The position numbers and the translations under genes were made by a program. From Octopus sinensis (Eukaryota), in NCBI RefSeq assembly GCF_006345805.1, contig NC_043004.1, forward strand, positions 74,524,001 to 74,588,000: 64,000 bases of DNA, read 5' to 3'. A model generated the notes under the pieces. That model did no database searches. It saw only the letters and a program-made list of their open reading frames with translations, and was not told the origin of the DNA. Of the stretch, positions 25,984 through 38,639 are shown piece by piece; position 1 is the first letter of the stretch; every line of letters begins with the position of its first letter.

Positions 25984-26887
25984 TACGAAGGGGTACTCAA
26001 GAGAAACCGGAATTTGCAAAATTATTTTATTCACTTAGTTTTAAATGTTTACGCTTTTATTGCCTTCGAAATATTCTCCATTTGATGCAATGCATCGGGC
26101 AAGACCCGTATTCTATTATTCGAAGTATTCCTGGGACTCTTGCGAAGTGATGCTTTTCAACACCACCATCGTTTTTTTTCAACTCTTCCACATCCGAAAA
26201 TTCCATAGCACCATGTTTGTCACAAATGATAACCTTTGAAAGAAGGTCCGGATCAACTTCCAAGAGTACGTTCAGTTCACGACACGCATTCATCCGTGAC
26301 TGCTTTTGATCTTCCTTGAGCAAGCGAGACACAACTTTTGCTGCAACTTTTTCCATTTGTAATTCCTCGATCAAATTCGTTGGCAGAAGCTCCAAGACAC
26401 ACCAGTCATATCAATAAGTTCTTCAATTGTTCAGTGACGGTCCCCCAAGATCGGTTCATGAATTTTCGTGATGTTTTCTTTCGTTCGGGAGATAGATGAT
26501 GGCCCTGAACGAGATTGGTCCTCAAGCTAGAAGTGGACATTCCTAAAGCGTAAAAGCCACTAGTTAACTTGTGTATTACTTATGGCATCGTCCTTTAAGC
26601 TCTTTGAAGCATGACAACTGTTTCGGACGCCGTTTTCCCCAGCAGAAGACAGAATTTCACGGAATGACGCTGTATCTTCGTTTCAGTCATCGGAAAAATC
26701 GACGAACAGGGGTGCAGCTCTGCAAAACAAAGATGCATCAAGTGTCAGTACGACACCAGCCGACGACAGTGGTCGGTATGCTAATGCCTACGAGCGGTAC
26801 CGAGTGTTTTCTAGCGGCGGAAAGCTTGATCTACAACTGGTTAGTCCCACAAATAACGTTTCCAGTTGCATTTGGATATCCCGCGTA
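25984..26887 (-). mobile_element. Internally deleted mariner (Tc1/mariner) element
   Basis: TIR TACGAAGGGTACTCAAGAGAAACCGGAA at 25984 and a degenerate partner ending CGCGTA at 26887; minus strand encodes MTETKIQRHSVKFC..GKTASET..ML, EDQSRSG, KVAAKVVSRLL.EDQK, IICD, then jumps to FSDVEELK...CIASNGEYFEG. Confidence 0.85.
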
Positions 26888-27485
26888 TGTCATTATTCAG
26901 TTTTATTTCAAGATTTCTTGCCAATAGAGAAGAACCATTTTCTAACCTAGATGAAAGATATATGTAGGTATGTATATATGCATGTATGTATGTATGTATG
27001 TATGTATGTATGTATGTATGTATGTATGTATGTATGTATGTATGTATGTGTACTATCTGCAGATACTGGAATACCGATTAGATATACAACCATATAGTGT
27101 CAGCAACAAACAAGTTCAAAACACGATACAATCATCTGAAAATTACTTTTCTTAATCCAAACCGAAAAATGATACCTTACTATCTTCGCATCTATGAACA
27201 CTAATGTTAAATGTACCCAATTTGGTATTAAATAAAAGAATTGTCCCATATTGCTAAGTACCTAGGAAACAAAAGGCTCTACCAGCTCTGTAGCGATGAA
27301 TCGTATAATATATTATTCATTTGATCACGAATACAGAAGTCCCTTCCTACAAGTATAACATCTTCAAAAGTGTAACAATTAAAACATATATTTTTTTGTT
27401 TTTTACAAGGGTTAAACAATGACAATATTTCATACACTTCGCCTAACACTTCCTCTTCTCTGGTGCCATGTTCTGAACGTGAATG

Positions 27486-28246
27486 GAAGCCGCGGGCGCG
27501 AGCCCGGGTGCAGCTGACCGAGGGTGCAGATCTCGGTGGTAGTAGCAAATATTTGAACGAGACCTTCGAAGACCGAAGTGGAGAAGGGTTCCGTGCCAAC
27601 GGCGGTCGAGCACGGTTCAGTCGGTCCTAAGAAGCGGGCGAAAGCTTCCACGAAAGGCGCCGGATCCGTCGTCGCGAACGTAGCAGTCGAAAGAAAACTA
27701 AGCAGCTGGCCTCGCATCGAAAGGGAATCGGTTTAATATTCCCGAACCCGAACTCGGAGAGTGCCCGTCCGTCGGCGGGAACGCAGCGTGCTCCTAGCAG
27801 TGCGTCCGTCGTCGAAGCCGGTGGCCGGGCGAAGCAGCGGCAATGCAAGCGAGCCCGGAGATGTTGCCGGGAGCCCCGGGAAGAGTTCTCTCTTCTTCGT
27901 AAAGGACCACGTCCATGGAATCGGCTGGTCTGGAGATATGGATATGGTACCTGTAGAGCGCTGCGTCTCGGACGACGTCTGGTGCGCTCTCGGCGGCCCT
28001 GGAAAATCCGGGTCGGTAACGAATCGCAGCTCTCGAGTCGGTCCGTACCCACCATCCGCAGCAGGTCTCCAAGGTGTACAGCCTCTCGTCGATAGCGCCA
28101 ATGTAGGTAAAGGTAGTCGGCAAAATGGATCCGTACCTTCGGAAGAAGGATTGGCTCCGAGGACCGGGTCGGTCGGGCCGTGTGTGTCGCCGCGCTACCG
28201 TGCGGCCACGTCGCCGTTCACTCGGCGTCACGCCGCCGGGCACCGG
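27486..28246 (+). rRNA. 28S: Orphan 28S rRNA fragment (D7-D8 region), probable pseudogene
   Basis: Conserved blocks GTGCAGATCTCGGTGGTAGTAGCAAATA, GAAGTGGAGAAGGGTTCC, CGAAAGGGAATCGG, CAGGTCTCCAAGGTG, AATGTAGGTAA.GG.AGTCGGCAA, GGATTGGCTC; ~760 bp GC-rich island with no flanking rDNA. Confidence 0.92.
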
Positions 28247-28289
28247 AACATGTCTTCACATAAACGATTGTGTCCTTCCATAATTATAT

Positions 28290-28850
28290 TTTTTGCTTTC
28301 TGAAAGAGTTCTACTTCATGATATTTAATGCCTCTGTTTTTTAACCTGTTCATCATCCTTCTGCTCCCCTGCTTCTTTTCCCTTCAATCTTCCCGGTCAT
28401 CCCTAAATTCTTCAGGCCCTCTTTCCGCATCACATGAGCTAGAAATCTCAGTTACATGACCTATATCTAAATTTCCTAATTTCCACTGCCAGGGCCTTCA
28501 CTTCCTTAGGCACTTTGTATGTCTATGCTATCCTCACTATTTTCCTTCAGCACCACATTTCACAGCTCTCCAAGCACATTCTCATTTCTACTGTTATAGG
28601 TCCTGCTTCACTTCCATATATTAACACAGGCTAGACACAGTTCAATGTACGCATCCTGGACCTGCTGTTCAGGGTACAGTTTCTCAAGATGTTATACAAT
28701 TTTGAGAATGCATATTTTACCAGCACTGTTCGTCTTTCGATCTCATTCATACATCTTGTATCTTCTGTCATCGAAGTCCCAAAGTAATTTAACGATGAGC
28801 CGCCATATACTTTGTCTTCTTGCAATTTATCAACTGGCCCTTCCTCTCAC
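28290..28850 (-). mobile_element. RTE-clade LINE 3' fragment, degenerate
   Basis: Minus strand: YFGTSMTEDTRC..EIERR....K.AFSKL.NIL...R.L.C..SPVL.YGSEA...EMWC, ...KIEGKRSRGR. Confidence 0.7.
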
Positions 28851-29042
28851 TTCCCGACTACAACAACCTGAGATCTCCGAAGTTACCTATCTAATTCTGC
28901 TAATAAGACTGTGTGAACTGTATATTTTATGTATGTGATATTTCTGTCTCCAGGCCAAATGTCACCAGCTCTCTTAAATAACTATAGCAAATTATGTATA
29001 CCACCACAGCTAAAACATTCAGTTTATTTACAATTTATGCAG

Positions 29043-29134
29043 GTAAAAACTGGCAGAAAGTATTTGAGATAAACAGACAGTCTTTTGAAAGAAGTCCTAT
29101 TTATAAATACTGGGAGAATTTGCCAATTGAAAAG
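29043..29134 (+). CDS. Host gene coding exon 2
   Basis: TTTATGCAG| ... AAG|GTAATA; phase 1 to phase 0; (S)KNWQKVFEINRQSFERSPIYKYWENLPIEK. Confidence 0.75.
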
Positions 29135-29403
29135 GTAATAATGCATTTTCCAATTTCAAAACGATTGCCATTTGATAAAGAGTATTACATAGTTGTCAGT
29201 CTGTTATGATGTGGACGACGTTATTTTTATCTTTTATTTTTTGTCACTAATGTCACTAATGTCATTTATTTTCTTGATATTGTTGATGTTGTTGTTACTG
29301 TTTAAAACATGTTGTCAAATATGTGCCACTTTCGCTCCAGCCTTATTTTCATATATGCCACTCTCTATCAGTTGTTTCAGCCCTGATACAGTGATACAAA
29401 AGC

Positions 29404-29530
<127 letters not shown>

Positions 29531-29809
29531 CACATACACATAAATATTTATGTTTGGCTATTTCTTTTAGCGAGAAAACTCAAAGACAGCTACCAGTTAA
29601 TGCCTACACACTAAAAACTTAAACTAACGAGAGAACCTCTATGTAAGCGTTTGATTTGCTGGAAATGACAGCCAAATCTACTACAAATTAGAAATGACCT
29701 AACTACTGGTTATTGTTTGCTGAGAAGCAATATCTTGAGAAACTATAGACAGGAACATTTTCCATCTTATGTCACCACCCACGATGAATAGTTAGGGTTA
29801 AAGGAAAAC

Positions 29810-30165
29810 AACAATGTATGTGAGGTGAAATCGTTAGACCGTGGGACAAATGTCATCCGGTATTTCTTCCGGTATTTTATGTTCTGGGTTCAAATACAGC
29901 CCGTGTCATCTAACTTTATCATTCTTCCTCCTACAGTCAATATAATAAAGTACCAATCAAGTACTGATGTCGAATATATTGACTAACGACGAAGGGTAGT
30001 GAATTGGCAAGTTTGCTAAAAAATGTTTAGCAATATTTGTTCCGGCTTTACGGAGATCGGCTTTGATCTTCATCCTTTCGGGATCAATAAAATAGGTAAC
30101 GGTTGAGCACATAGGTCGATGTTATCGACTAGTCATTTAACCCGAAATTTCTACTTATAGTAGAA
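29810..30165 (+). mobile_element. Two degenerate SINE family A remnants
   Basis: TTCTGGGTTCAAAT..., CTTCATCCTTTCGGGATCAATAAAATAGGTA..., GGTCGATGTTATCGACT. Confidence 0.55.
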
Positions 30166-30276
30166 ATGTATTATTATTATTATTATTATTATTGCTATTA
30201 TTCTTATTCTTATTCTTATTCTTATCCTTCTTATTATTATAATTATTATCATTATTATTATTATTATTATTATTAT

Positions 30277-33200
30277 TAGTTTTATTTTTATAGCGTGCTT
30301 TCACTTCACTACCGAGCGCAGCTCTGTGTGCCTTGGGTATGTGCTGTGATTTGTTGTGATGCTCTGATGGTTATTGTATGGAAAGTGTTCTGCGTAGGAT
30401 GTGTGCAGTGCCTAGTAGTGCAATTTTCTGTATGCTATATGTGTTTGTAAGTCCTGGTGTTTTTGTTATGTATTTGTCTGAATATTTTTTTATCATGCCT
30501 AATGCACCTACTATGATAGGAATTGTTTCTGTTTTCAGGTTCCACATTCTAGTTATCTCTATTTCCAGGTCTTTGTATTTTGAGAGTTTCTCCATTTCTT
30601 TTAGAGACACGTTGTCATCTGCCGGTATTGATACATCAATTAGAAAGCATTTTTTTTCTTCATGATCTCTGACAACTATATCTGGTCTGTTGGCCTTAAT
30701 TTCTCTATCTGTGTGTATCGGCATATCCCAGAGTATGGTTGCTTTCTCGTTTCCTGTGACCTTTTCTGGTGTGTGCTTATACCATCTTTTTTCTGTTGTT
30801 ATTCCATAATGTTGGCATAGCTTCCAATGTATGTAGGTTCCAACTCTGTCATGTCTGTGAATATATTCCTTCTTAGCCAGGACTGGGCAGCTAGAGATAA
30901 TATGATTTATTGTTTCTTGTCCATCTCCACATATTCTGCAGTTACTTGTAATATTTCTTTTCATTACATGTTTTTGGTAATTTCTGGTGGGGAGGCTTTG
31001 GTCTTGTGCTGCAATTAAAAATCCCTCTGTTTCTGCTTTAAGTCCTGAGCTTCTCAACCATTGCTGGGATTTTTCTTTGTCTATTTCTTTTGCGTTTAGT
31101 TTAGTGCAGTATTTACCATGAAGGGGCTTTTCTTGCCATCGTTTTATCATGGCTCGTTGCTGTTCTATTTTTAGTTTGGATTTCATATGTTTTATAGCTT
31201 TTGTTGTTTCTTCATCATCTTCTTCTTCTTCTTTGTGTTTATTAGGTGGTATGATTTCTTGTTTGCATTTGTCAGCTTCCTTAAATACTGAGAACAGTTT
31301 TTTGTTTTGCTCGTGTTTTGCTGCTATCTGGATCAGTTTTCTGAAGTAGGTATGCTTCTGAAGTAGGTATTTTTGCAGTCCTATGGTGGTTATTTTATAG
31401 TAGTTTTCCAGCTGTATAAGGCCTCTACCACCTTCTATACGTTGTATATATAGTCTTTCTATTTAAAATTTGGGTGATGCATCCTAGATCCTGTCATTAT
31501 TTTTCTTGTTTTCCTATCTATTTTGGACAGTTCATTTCGTGTCCAGTTAAGGATATTGTAGCTGTAACTTATAACTGGGACAGCTAAAGTGTTGATACCT
31601 ATTATCTTGTTTTTAGCATTGAGCTCTGTTTTTAGTATTGATCTAACTCGTCTATAATATTCTTTTTTTATTTTCTCTTTCATTTGTGTGTGTTGTGTCT
31701 TATCTAGTTCATGGATTCCTAAGTATTTGTAAGTTTGGCTTTGGTCTAATTCTTTTATTTCATTGGTTTTATCTAGTGTGATGTTGTTACTCTTAACTAG
31801 TTTTCCTCTTTTCATGGTTACTTTGGCGCATTTTTCTAATCCAAATTTCATATCTATTTCTTTGGTAAGTCCATGAACTGTCTTTAATAGTGTTTCCAGC
31901 TGTTTGTCATTTGCAGCGTATAGTTTTAGGTCATCCATATATAAAAGGTGGCTGATCGTTTTGCCGTAACATTTATATCCGCATCCAGTTCTATTTAGCA
32001 TATCAGATAGAGGTGACAGTGCCAAGCAGAAAAGGAGTGGAGAGAGCGTGTCTCCCTGGAATATTCCTCTTCTAATGGGGATGTCTTTGGTTTTCATGAG
32101 TCCCTCTTTTGTTTGGAGGTGTAGGACTGTTTGCCATTTATTCATAGAGTGCTCTATGAATTTTATGATTGTTGGTGCTACTTTGTTAATGGCTAGTGTT
32201 TCGAGGATCCATGTGTGGGGGATGCTATCAAACGCCTTTTTGTAGTCAATCCAGGCCATACTGAGGCCTTTCTTCTTTCTGTGGCTGTCTTCAGTTACGG
32301 TTTATTAATCATTAGTTGATCTTTACAGCCATATGAGCCCTTGCGGCATCCTTTCTGCTCTTCTGGGAACAGTTTGTTTTCGTCCAGGTGCTTGTTCAGC
32401 CTTTGCGATATCACTGCAGTAAATGCCTTGAACATAGTAGGGAGGCAGGTTATTGGTCTGTAGTTTTCTGGTTTTGTTGTTTCATTTGATTTGGGAATTA
32501 AGATGGTTTTCCCCTTTGTGAGCCATTCAGGCATTGTCTCTGGCTCTGCTAGTATGCTGTTAAAGTTTTCAGCCAGCTTTTTGTGCATTCCTGTTAGATA
32601 TTTCAACCAGAAGTTGGGGATCTTGTCATGCCCAGGTGCCTTCCAGTTGCTTAGTTTTTGCAGTGCCTGGGTGACCTCTTCAGTTGTAATGGGGGTCCAA
32701 AGTTGTTCAGATGCCGAGTTTGTTATTTTCATACTCCTTTTTTTGGCTGTTCGTTCGCCGACCATATTTCTCTCCAGAATTCTTCCAATTCTTCTGCCGT
32801 TGGTGCTGCAGTGACTTCTATTTTATTTTTGCCCAGTTCTTGGTAGAACTTTTTGGGGTCGGAGTTGAACTTTTTGTTCTGTTCAAAGAAGCTTTGGCGT
32901 TTCTCGTACCGGCGGATCCTTTGAGCTTTGGCAAGGATATCTTGCTTCAGCTTTTCTTTTATCTCCGGCAAATCTTTTTCTGTGATGTTATATTTGCGGA
33001 GCATTTTTGTTCTCTTTTTGTTGCTTAGTAGCGTTGCTTGTTTGCTGATTTCATTAAGAATCGACAGGTCTTTTCTAATTTTTAAAATTTTGTTTTGGAT
33101 GTTATTTATCCACAGGGTTTGTTTGGGTGGTGGTACTCCTGTTTGGGCGGGTTTGGGTGAGTATCCAGCTTCTTTTGTGGCTGCAGTGGCTGCTGCGTAT

Positions 33201-33365
33201 ATCAAGTCATTTAGTTCAGTGATATCACTTTTTTTTGTTTCAGTGGCTAGTTCAGTGACGGCTAGGTTTATGTTGTTTATAATTGGTGTTGTTATTGCGT
33301 TTATTTTTATTCTTGGGAGGTATGGTCGGTGGTCCATTTTGAGCTCTGTGGTTTTCAATTCTTTG
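30277..33365 (-). mobile_element. Dong family B, 5'-truncated, frameshifted
   Basis: ORFs 32729-33358, 32295-32765, 31459-32259 and 30371-31186 carry RT (WIDYKKAFDS, GIFQGD.LSP, YMDDLKLY) and CRIC/RHD/RLE motifs; (TTA)n at both ends. Confidence 0.92.
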
Positions 33366-33391
33366 ATTTATTATTATTATTATTATTACTA

Positions 33392-35183
33392 TATGTTTCA
33401 CTTTTGCTTTACATTTGCACCAAGCTGGCTCTAAGTTTCACCCAGAGACCTCAAGAGACGACAAGTTGGAAGTTCATGTTGGTGTTATACCTAGGGTGCC
33501 ATATATTTGGTTTCGTACTTAGAGTTGTACGAGTGAATGCCTAAAAAAACATACAAAAATTATGTTTGTTTTAAAACTTGAGATTACATAGAAAGTATTT
33601 TGCGTAGGATATGAGCAGTTCCCATGAGCACTATCTTTTGAATTTCTGCCATTTTGGGGTTTCCTGGTATCTGAGTTAGGTAGCAATTAGTCCCTTTCGC
33701 TATCATTCCCAGGGCACCTATGACAACAGGTATTGTTTTAGTCTTCAGCTTCCACATTTTGCTGATTTCTATTTCAAGATCTTTATATTTGCTCAGATTT
33801 TGGTAGGTCTTGACATATACGTTTATATCGATTGGGACAGTCATATCAATGAGGAGGCATGTTCTTTGTCTGAAGTCTTTCAATATGATGACTGGCCTAT
33901 TTGCATCTATCTTCCTGTCAGTTTGAATGGTGAAGTTCCAGAGGAGTGAGATGTGGTCATTTTCAAGCACTGGAGGTGGATTGTGTTCCCACCAGTTTTT
34001 TTCATGGGGCAAATCCAGGTTTTTGCAAATTACCCAGTGAATATATTGTGCAGCTCTATCATGCCTGTTGAGGTACTCTGTAGGCGCTAGAAGACTGCAT
34101 TTGGAGACAACATGATCAATGGTTTCATTTTGTTGTCGGCATACACGACATGTTGGGCTACTGCCGTTCTATAGTATGTTGGACTGGTAGTTTCTTGTTG
34201 GTAGGCATTGATCTTGAGCTGCTATGATAAACCCCTCTGTTTCAGATTTTAAGCCAGAGGCCATTAGCCATTGATGGGTCAGGGCTTTGTCAATATCTGC
34301 ATTATTCGCTCTCTTTGGGTATTTGCCATAGAGAGGTTTTTCTTGCCATTTATTATTCAGAATATCTAAGGCCGCAGTTTTGGCACGGGTTTTCATGCGC
34401 TTAGCTTTTTCTGTGCCTGTTTCTTGTATGTCTATCTCTAATTCCGAAATTGGTTGTATTCGGAATTCACTTAGATATTCCTTTGCCTGTTTTGTGACTG
34501 AGTATGATGCTTTCTTGTTTTCATGTTTTGAGACAAGTTTTAACATCCAGTCCTCAGAGTTTTTCAGGTAGGTGTCTAGGCCAATTGTAGCAATCTTCAT
34601 TGTTATTGCCAGTTGTAAAAGACCACGGCCTCTCTCTTTTTTTATTCTTGGCAGATAGAGTCGTTCTGTATCTGCCTTAGGGTGGTGCATTCTATGCATT
34701 GTCAACAGTTTCCTTACTTTTCTGTCGAGCTGACATATTTCAGTAATTGACCAGTTAACAATATTGAAACTGTAAGCCACGACTAGTATAGCTAATGCAT
34801 TGATCGCTTCGATCCTGTTTCTTGCATTCAGCTCTGTCTTGAGTATTGCTCTCACTCTTCGATAGCATTCTCTCCTGATCCTTTCCTTCATCTCTGAATG
34901 CCTTATTCCGTTCCCTTCAATTACCCCTAGGTACTTGTAGCTCTCCGCTGGGTCTAGTTCTTTTATGACATTCTGCTGGTCAAGGTTAACGTTAGATGTT
35001 TCTGTCATTTTTCCTTTGATAAAGGTAGCTTTTGCACATTTATCGAAGCCGAATTGCATTCTGATGTCGTCACTGAATTGTTTGACTATCGCTAGTAAGC
35101 CCTTGAGTTGTTGGTCATTTTTTGCAAAAAGCTTTAAATCATCCATGTAAATGAGATGATTTATATTTTTATCAAACATTTTT
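33392..35183 (-). mobile_element. Dong family C, 5'-truncated
   Basis: YMDDLKLF, YKYLG, KPLYGKYPKRAN, GLKSETEG..AAQDQ, WNFTIQTDR; 3' UTR matches 45720-45900; TTA-flanked. Confidence 0.9.
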
Positions 35184-35195
35184 TTATTATTATTA

Positions 35196-35248
<53 letters not shown>

Positions 35249-35251
35249 GTT

Positions 35252-36405
35252 TATGGGTTTTTCTTCTTTCAAATTTGCTTCCATTTCTTGCCGAGTGTCT
35301 TCCCGACTCCTAGGGCAAAGAAACTCATAGTATACATTGGTAGGCCATTAAACTAAACTCACTAGCGCGTTAATTTTTTTTTATTTTTAAGTTAAATTAA
35401 AATATATGGGTAGTAATAGTTCTCACATCGACAATGCTCTTCTCAATACGTGTGATGTACTAGTTAAGACAATCTTTTGCACTTCTTGCAGGGATGGTAA
35501 GCCAGGGATCATTCTTATATAATTTTCGGTTCCCTTCTTGATTATTCCTAGTGCTCCTACGATCACTGGTATTGTAACCGCCTTGAGATGCCACATTTTC
35601 TCAATTTCAATAAGCAGGTGTTTATATTTTCTGAGCTTGTCAAATTCTTTCGCCGCGATATTATGATCACAGGGGATGCTCATGTCGATCAATGAGCAAA
35701 CTTTATTGTTTTGGTCTTTCACAACTATATCCGGTTTATTGGCTTTGATGGTTCGGTCTGTATGTACTAGAAAGTCCCACAGAATCGTTACATTTTCTCC
35801 TTCAGTTACAGCTTCAGGGTGGTGATTATACCACTTGTCGGCAGTTTTGATATTGTAATGCCGACTTATTAGCCAGTGGAGATATTGGCCAACTCTGTCA
35901 TGTCTTAATTTATACTCCACTGGTGCTAAGACTTTACATCCAGAGATTAGGTGGTCCACTGTTTCAATCATGTCGTTGCAGAATCGGCATTTTGGGTCTG
36001 CTCCATTTTTCATCACATTGGCCTGGTAGTTCCGGGTTAATAGGCTTTGATCTTGAGCAGCCAGGATGAAACCTCCGCTCTCTGCTTTTAGCCCTGAGCT
36101 CCGTAGTCACTGATGGGTTTGCTTCTGGTCAACATGAGCTTGTTTGCTACGGGCCACATATTTGCCGTGCAGAGGTTTCTCCTCCCACCTATCAGCCAAT
36201 TGCTCGTGCGCTTTTTTCGTTGCCATTATTTTCACCTTCTTTGCAACAATAGTTGCCGTACTTCCCTCGGGTTGTTCAGTTTGGGTATCCTGCACGAGAT
36301 CAATAGCAACTTTTTTGCGTTCCTTTATGATAGAATGAAGCTTCTTTCGTCTCTCGTGATTTTCCACGAGCTTTAGCATCCAGTCATTCGTTATTTCAAA
36401 ATATT
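35252..36405 (-). mobile_element. Dong family A, 3' portion
   Basis: Protein nearly identical to the C-terminal part of ORF 17839-19389; same 3' UTR; TTA-flanked. Confidence 0.92.
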
Positions 36406-36421
36406 TATTATTATTATTATT

Positions 36422-36880
36422 GAGTGAGAGAGCAGTTCATGCCATCAAAGTGACACTGGGGTAAAATATACGAAGCCCAATATACCCATCATGACTACCA
36501 ATCTGATAAGGGTACACTAGGCACATGCATCACAACCATATGTGTGCGACATGGTGATCTCATATCATGATAAACGGCACATGACCTTGCAGGTGGGGGC
36601 CCAGTTAGAATTTTCTTCAGGTTGAGTAGCCCATCCCGCTCAAACGGTCCCTGAATAAGGGTTGTTTAAGGATGTTGAAAGAACCACCCATGTTTCCAGA
36701 GGTGAACTATGCAAATCCCAAAGAATCCCTCTCAACACATGGCTATGATGCTCCCCCACTACTTCTGCTCGTGATCAGAGATGCACATATCGTCAGCCAC
36801 TAAGGGACATGCTCAACTGGTTATGGTCAAACAACTGACAAGCAAATCTGTGGTATTGAGCAGAATATTTGCTGTAGCCC
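36422..36880 (-). mobile_element. Family N element, copy 4
   Basis: Matches 4652-5110; TTA-flanked on both sides. Confidence 0.85.
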
Positions 36881-36897
36881 ATTATTATTATTATTAA

Positions 36898-36958
<61 letters not shown>

Positions 36959-36959
<1 letters not shown>

Positions 36960-37240
36960 TGTTTGACTTTTGCTTTATATTTGTACAAGTTGGCTCCAAG
37001 TCTCACCCAGAGACCTCAAGAGACAACAGTTTGGAAGTTCATGTTGTTGTTATGCCTAGTGTGCCATATATATATATATTTTTTTGGTGTTGTACTAGTG
37101 AATGTATAAAAAAGAACGAAAATTATGTTTGTTTTAAACCTTGAGATTACATAGAATGTATTTTGCGTAGGATATGAGCAGTTCCCATGAGCACTATCTT
37201 TCGAAATTCTGCCATTTTGGGGTTTCTTGGTATCTGAGTT
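36959..37240 (-). mobile_element. Dong family C, 3' stub
   Basis: Matches 33392-33670 (3' UTR and last codons). Confidence 0.85.
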
Positions 37241-37289
37241 TATTAACATCACCATCATCATTATCATATTGATAAGTAGGATGACACAC

Positions 37290-38285
37290 TAATCGCTGGT
37301 ACTTTCATGGAGGTAGCCCTGTCCGATATGTAGAAAAGGTGTCGGGAGAAACTCCATAAGGCGTACACAGCGCAAGCTATGGACACATAAGAGGTGCAGC
37401 TGTGTCAGTGGACGACAAACGGAGCAAGTAGTCTTTGCATGTGACAGATGTACGAGTATATTAAACATCAGGAATGTACAAAAAATAGACTCCCTCATAT
37501 GCCAGGAATGTTCCCTAGAAGGAGTAGGCAGTTTCCATTACTCAAGTGACAAAATAAGTAGTGGGTGTGCTTGCTCTAAAATCATAGCTGCTAGAATAAG
37601 AATAAGCTGAGCAAAGTTCAAAGAACTACTACCTCTGTTAGCCATAAAGAGGCTCTCCTTTAGAGATTCAGGTAGATTGTACGATGCCAATGTACGGACA
37701 GCTATGTTATATGGCAGTAAGTCATGGGCTGGTACTACTGAGGGTATGCGAAGAACTGAAAGAAATGATGCTAGTGTGCTTCGCAGGATGCGTAATGTTA
37801 GCATGTATATACGACAGATTGTGTTTTGAGAGAGAAACTAGGTATAGAGAGCAACAAATGTAGTGCGCAGGAGAGAAGACTGCATCGTTATAGACATGTA
37901 ATGCGTATGAATGAGGCGTGTTGCATCAAGAGGTGCCGAGCTCTAATCGTAGAGGGCTAGATCCAAGAAGACGTGGGACGAAGTGGTGGGAAAGTATCTA
38001 CAAACGTTGGGAGTCACAGAAAGGATGGCAGGGAGACCGAGACGCCTGATGGTTTACTGTACTTGAAAAGACACTTCAAGCTAAGTAAAAACTTGGTTGC
38101 CCTTGCGTACAGGCCCGTCCATTGCAACCCTCTCCAAGAAAGCATTTGTAATGTTGCTGGCTCGAAAGTGCTAGTGCAACGTAAAAAGTACCTGCACCGA
38201 TGCTGCGTAACAGGACTCAGTGGTTAACGTTAGGAACGGAATAATGACATTCAGCTGTAGAAAGCTTGCCAAAATAGACATGGAT
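37290..38285 (+). mobile_element. RTE-type LINE 3' fragment, degenerate
   Basis: FKELLPLL...GRLYDA.VRTAMLYGS.SW...RR.ERNDAS.LR.M..V...LREKLGI...ERRL...HV.RM...KTW.EVV, followed by a 3' UTR-like tail. Confidence 0.7.
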
Positions 38286-38299
38286 CTTGAATAGCCCTT

Positions 38300-38538
<239 letters not shown>

Positions 38539-38639
38539 GAAATATGTTACAAAAAGAAAATATAAAATACACGTGGAAATGTAAGGGAAAATATGAAAAA
38601 TCAACGAAAATGCACATTGTAAATAAAAAAGAAAAGGCT

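Noticed and set aside
27486-28246. Functional rDNA unit or R2/R4 insertion site
   Set aside because: Only an internal fragment is present; there is no 18S/5.8S/ITS, and the R2 target (TTAAGGTAGCCAA) lies downstream of the fragment end.
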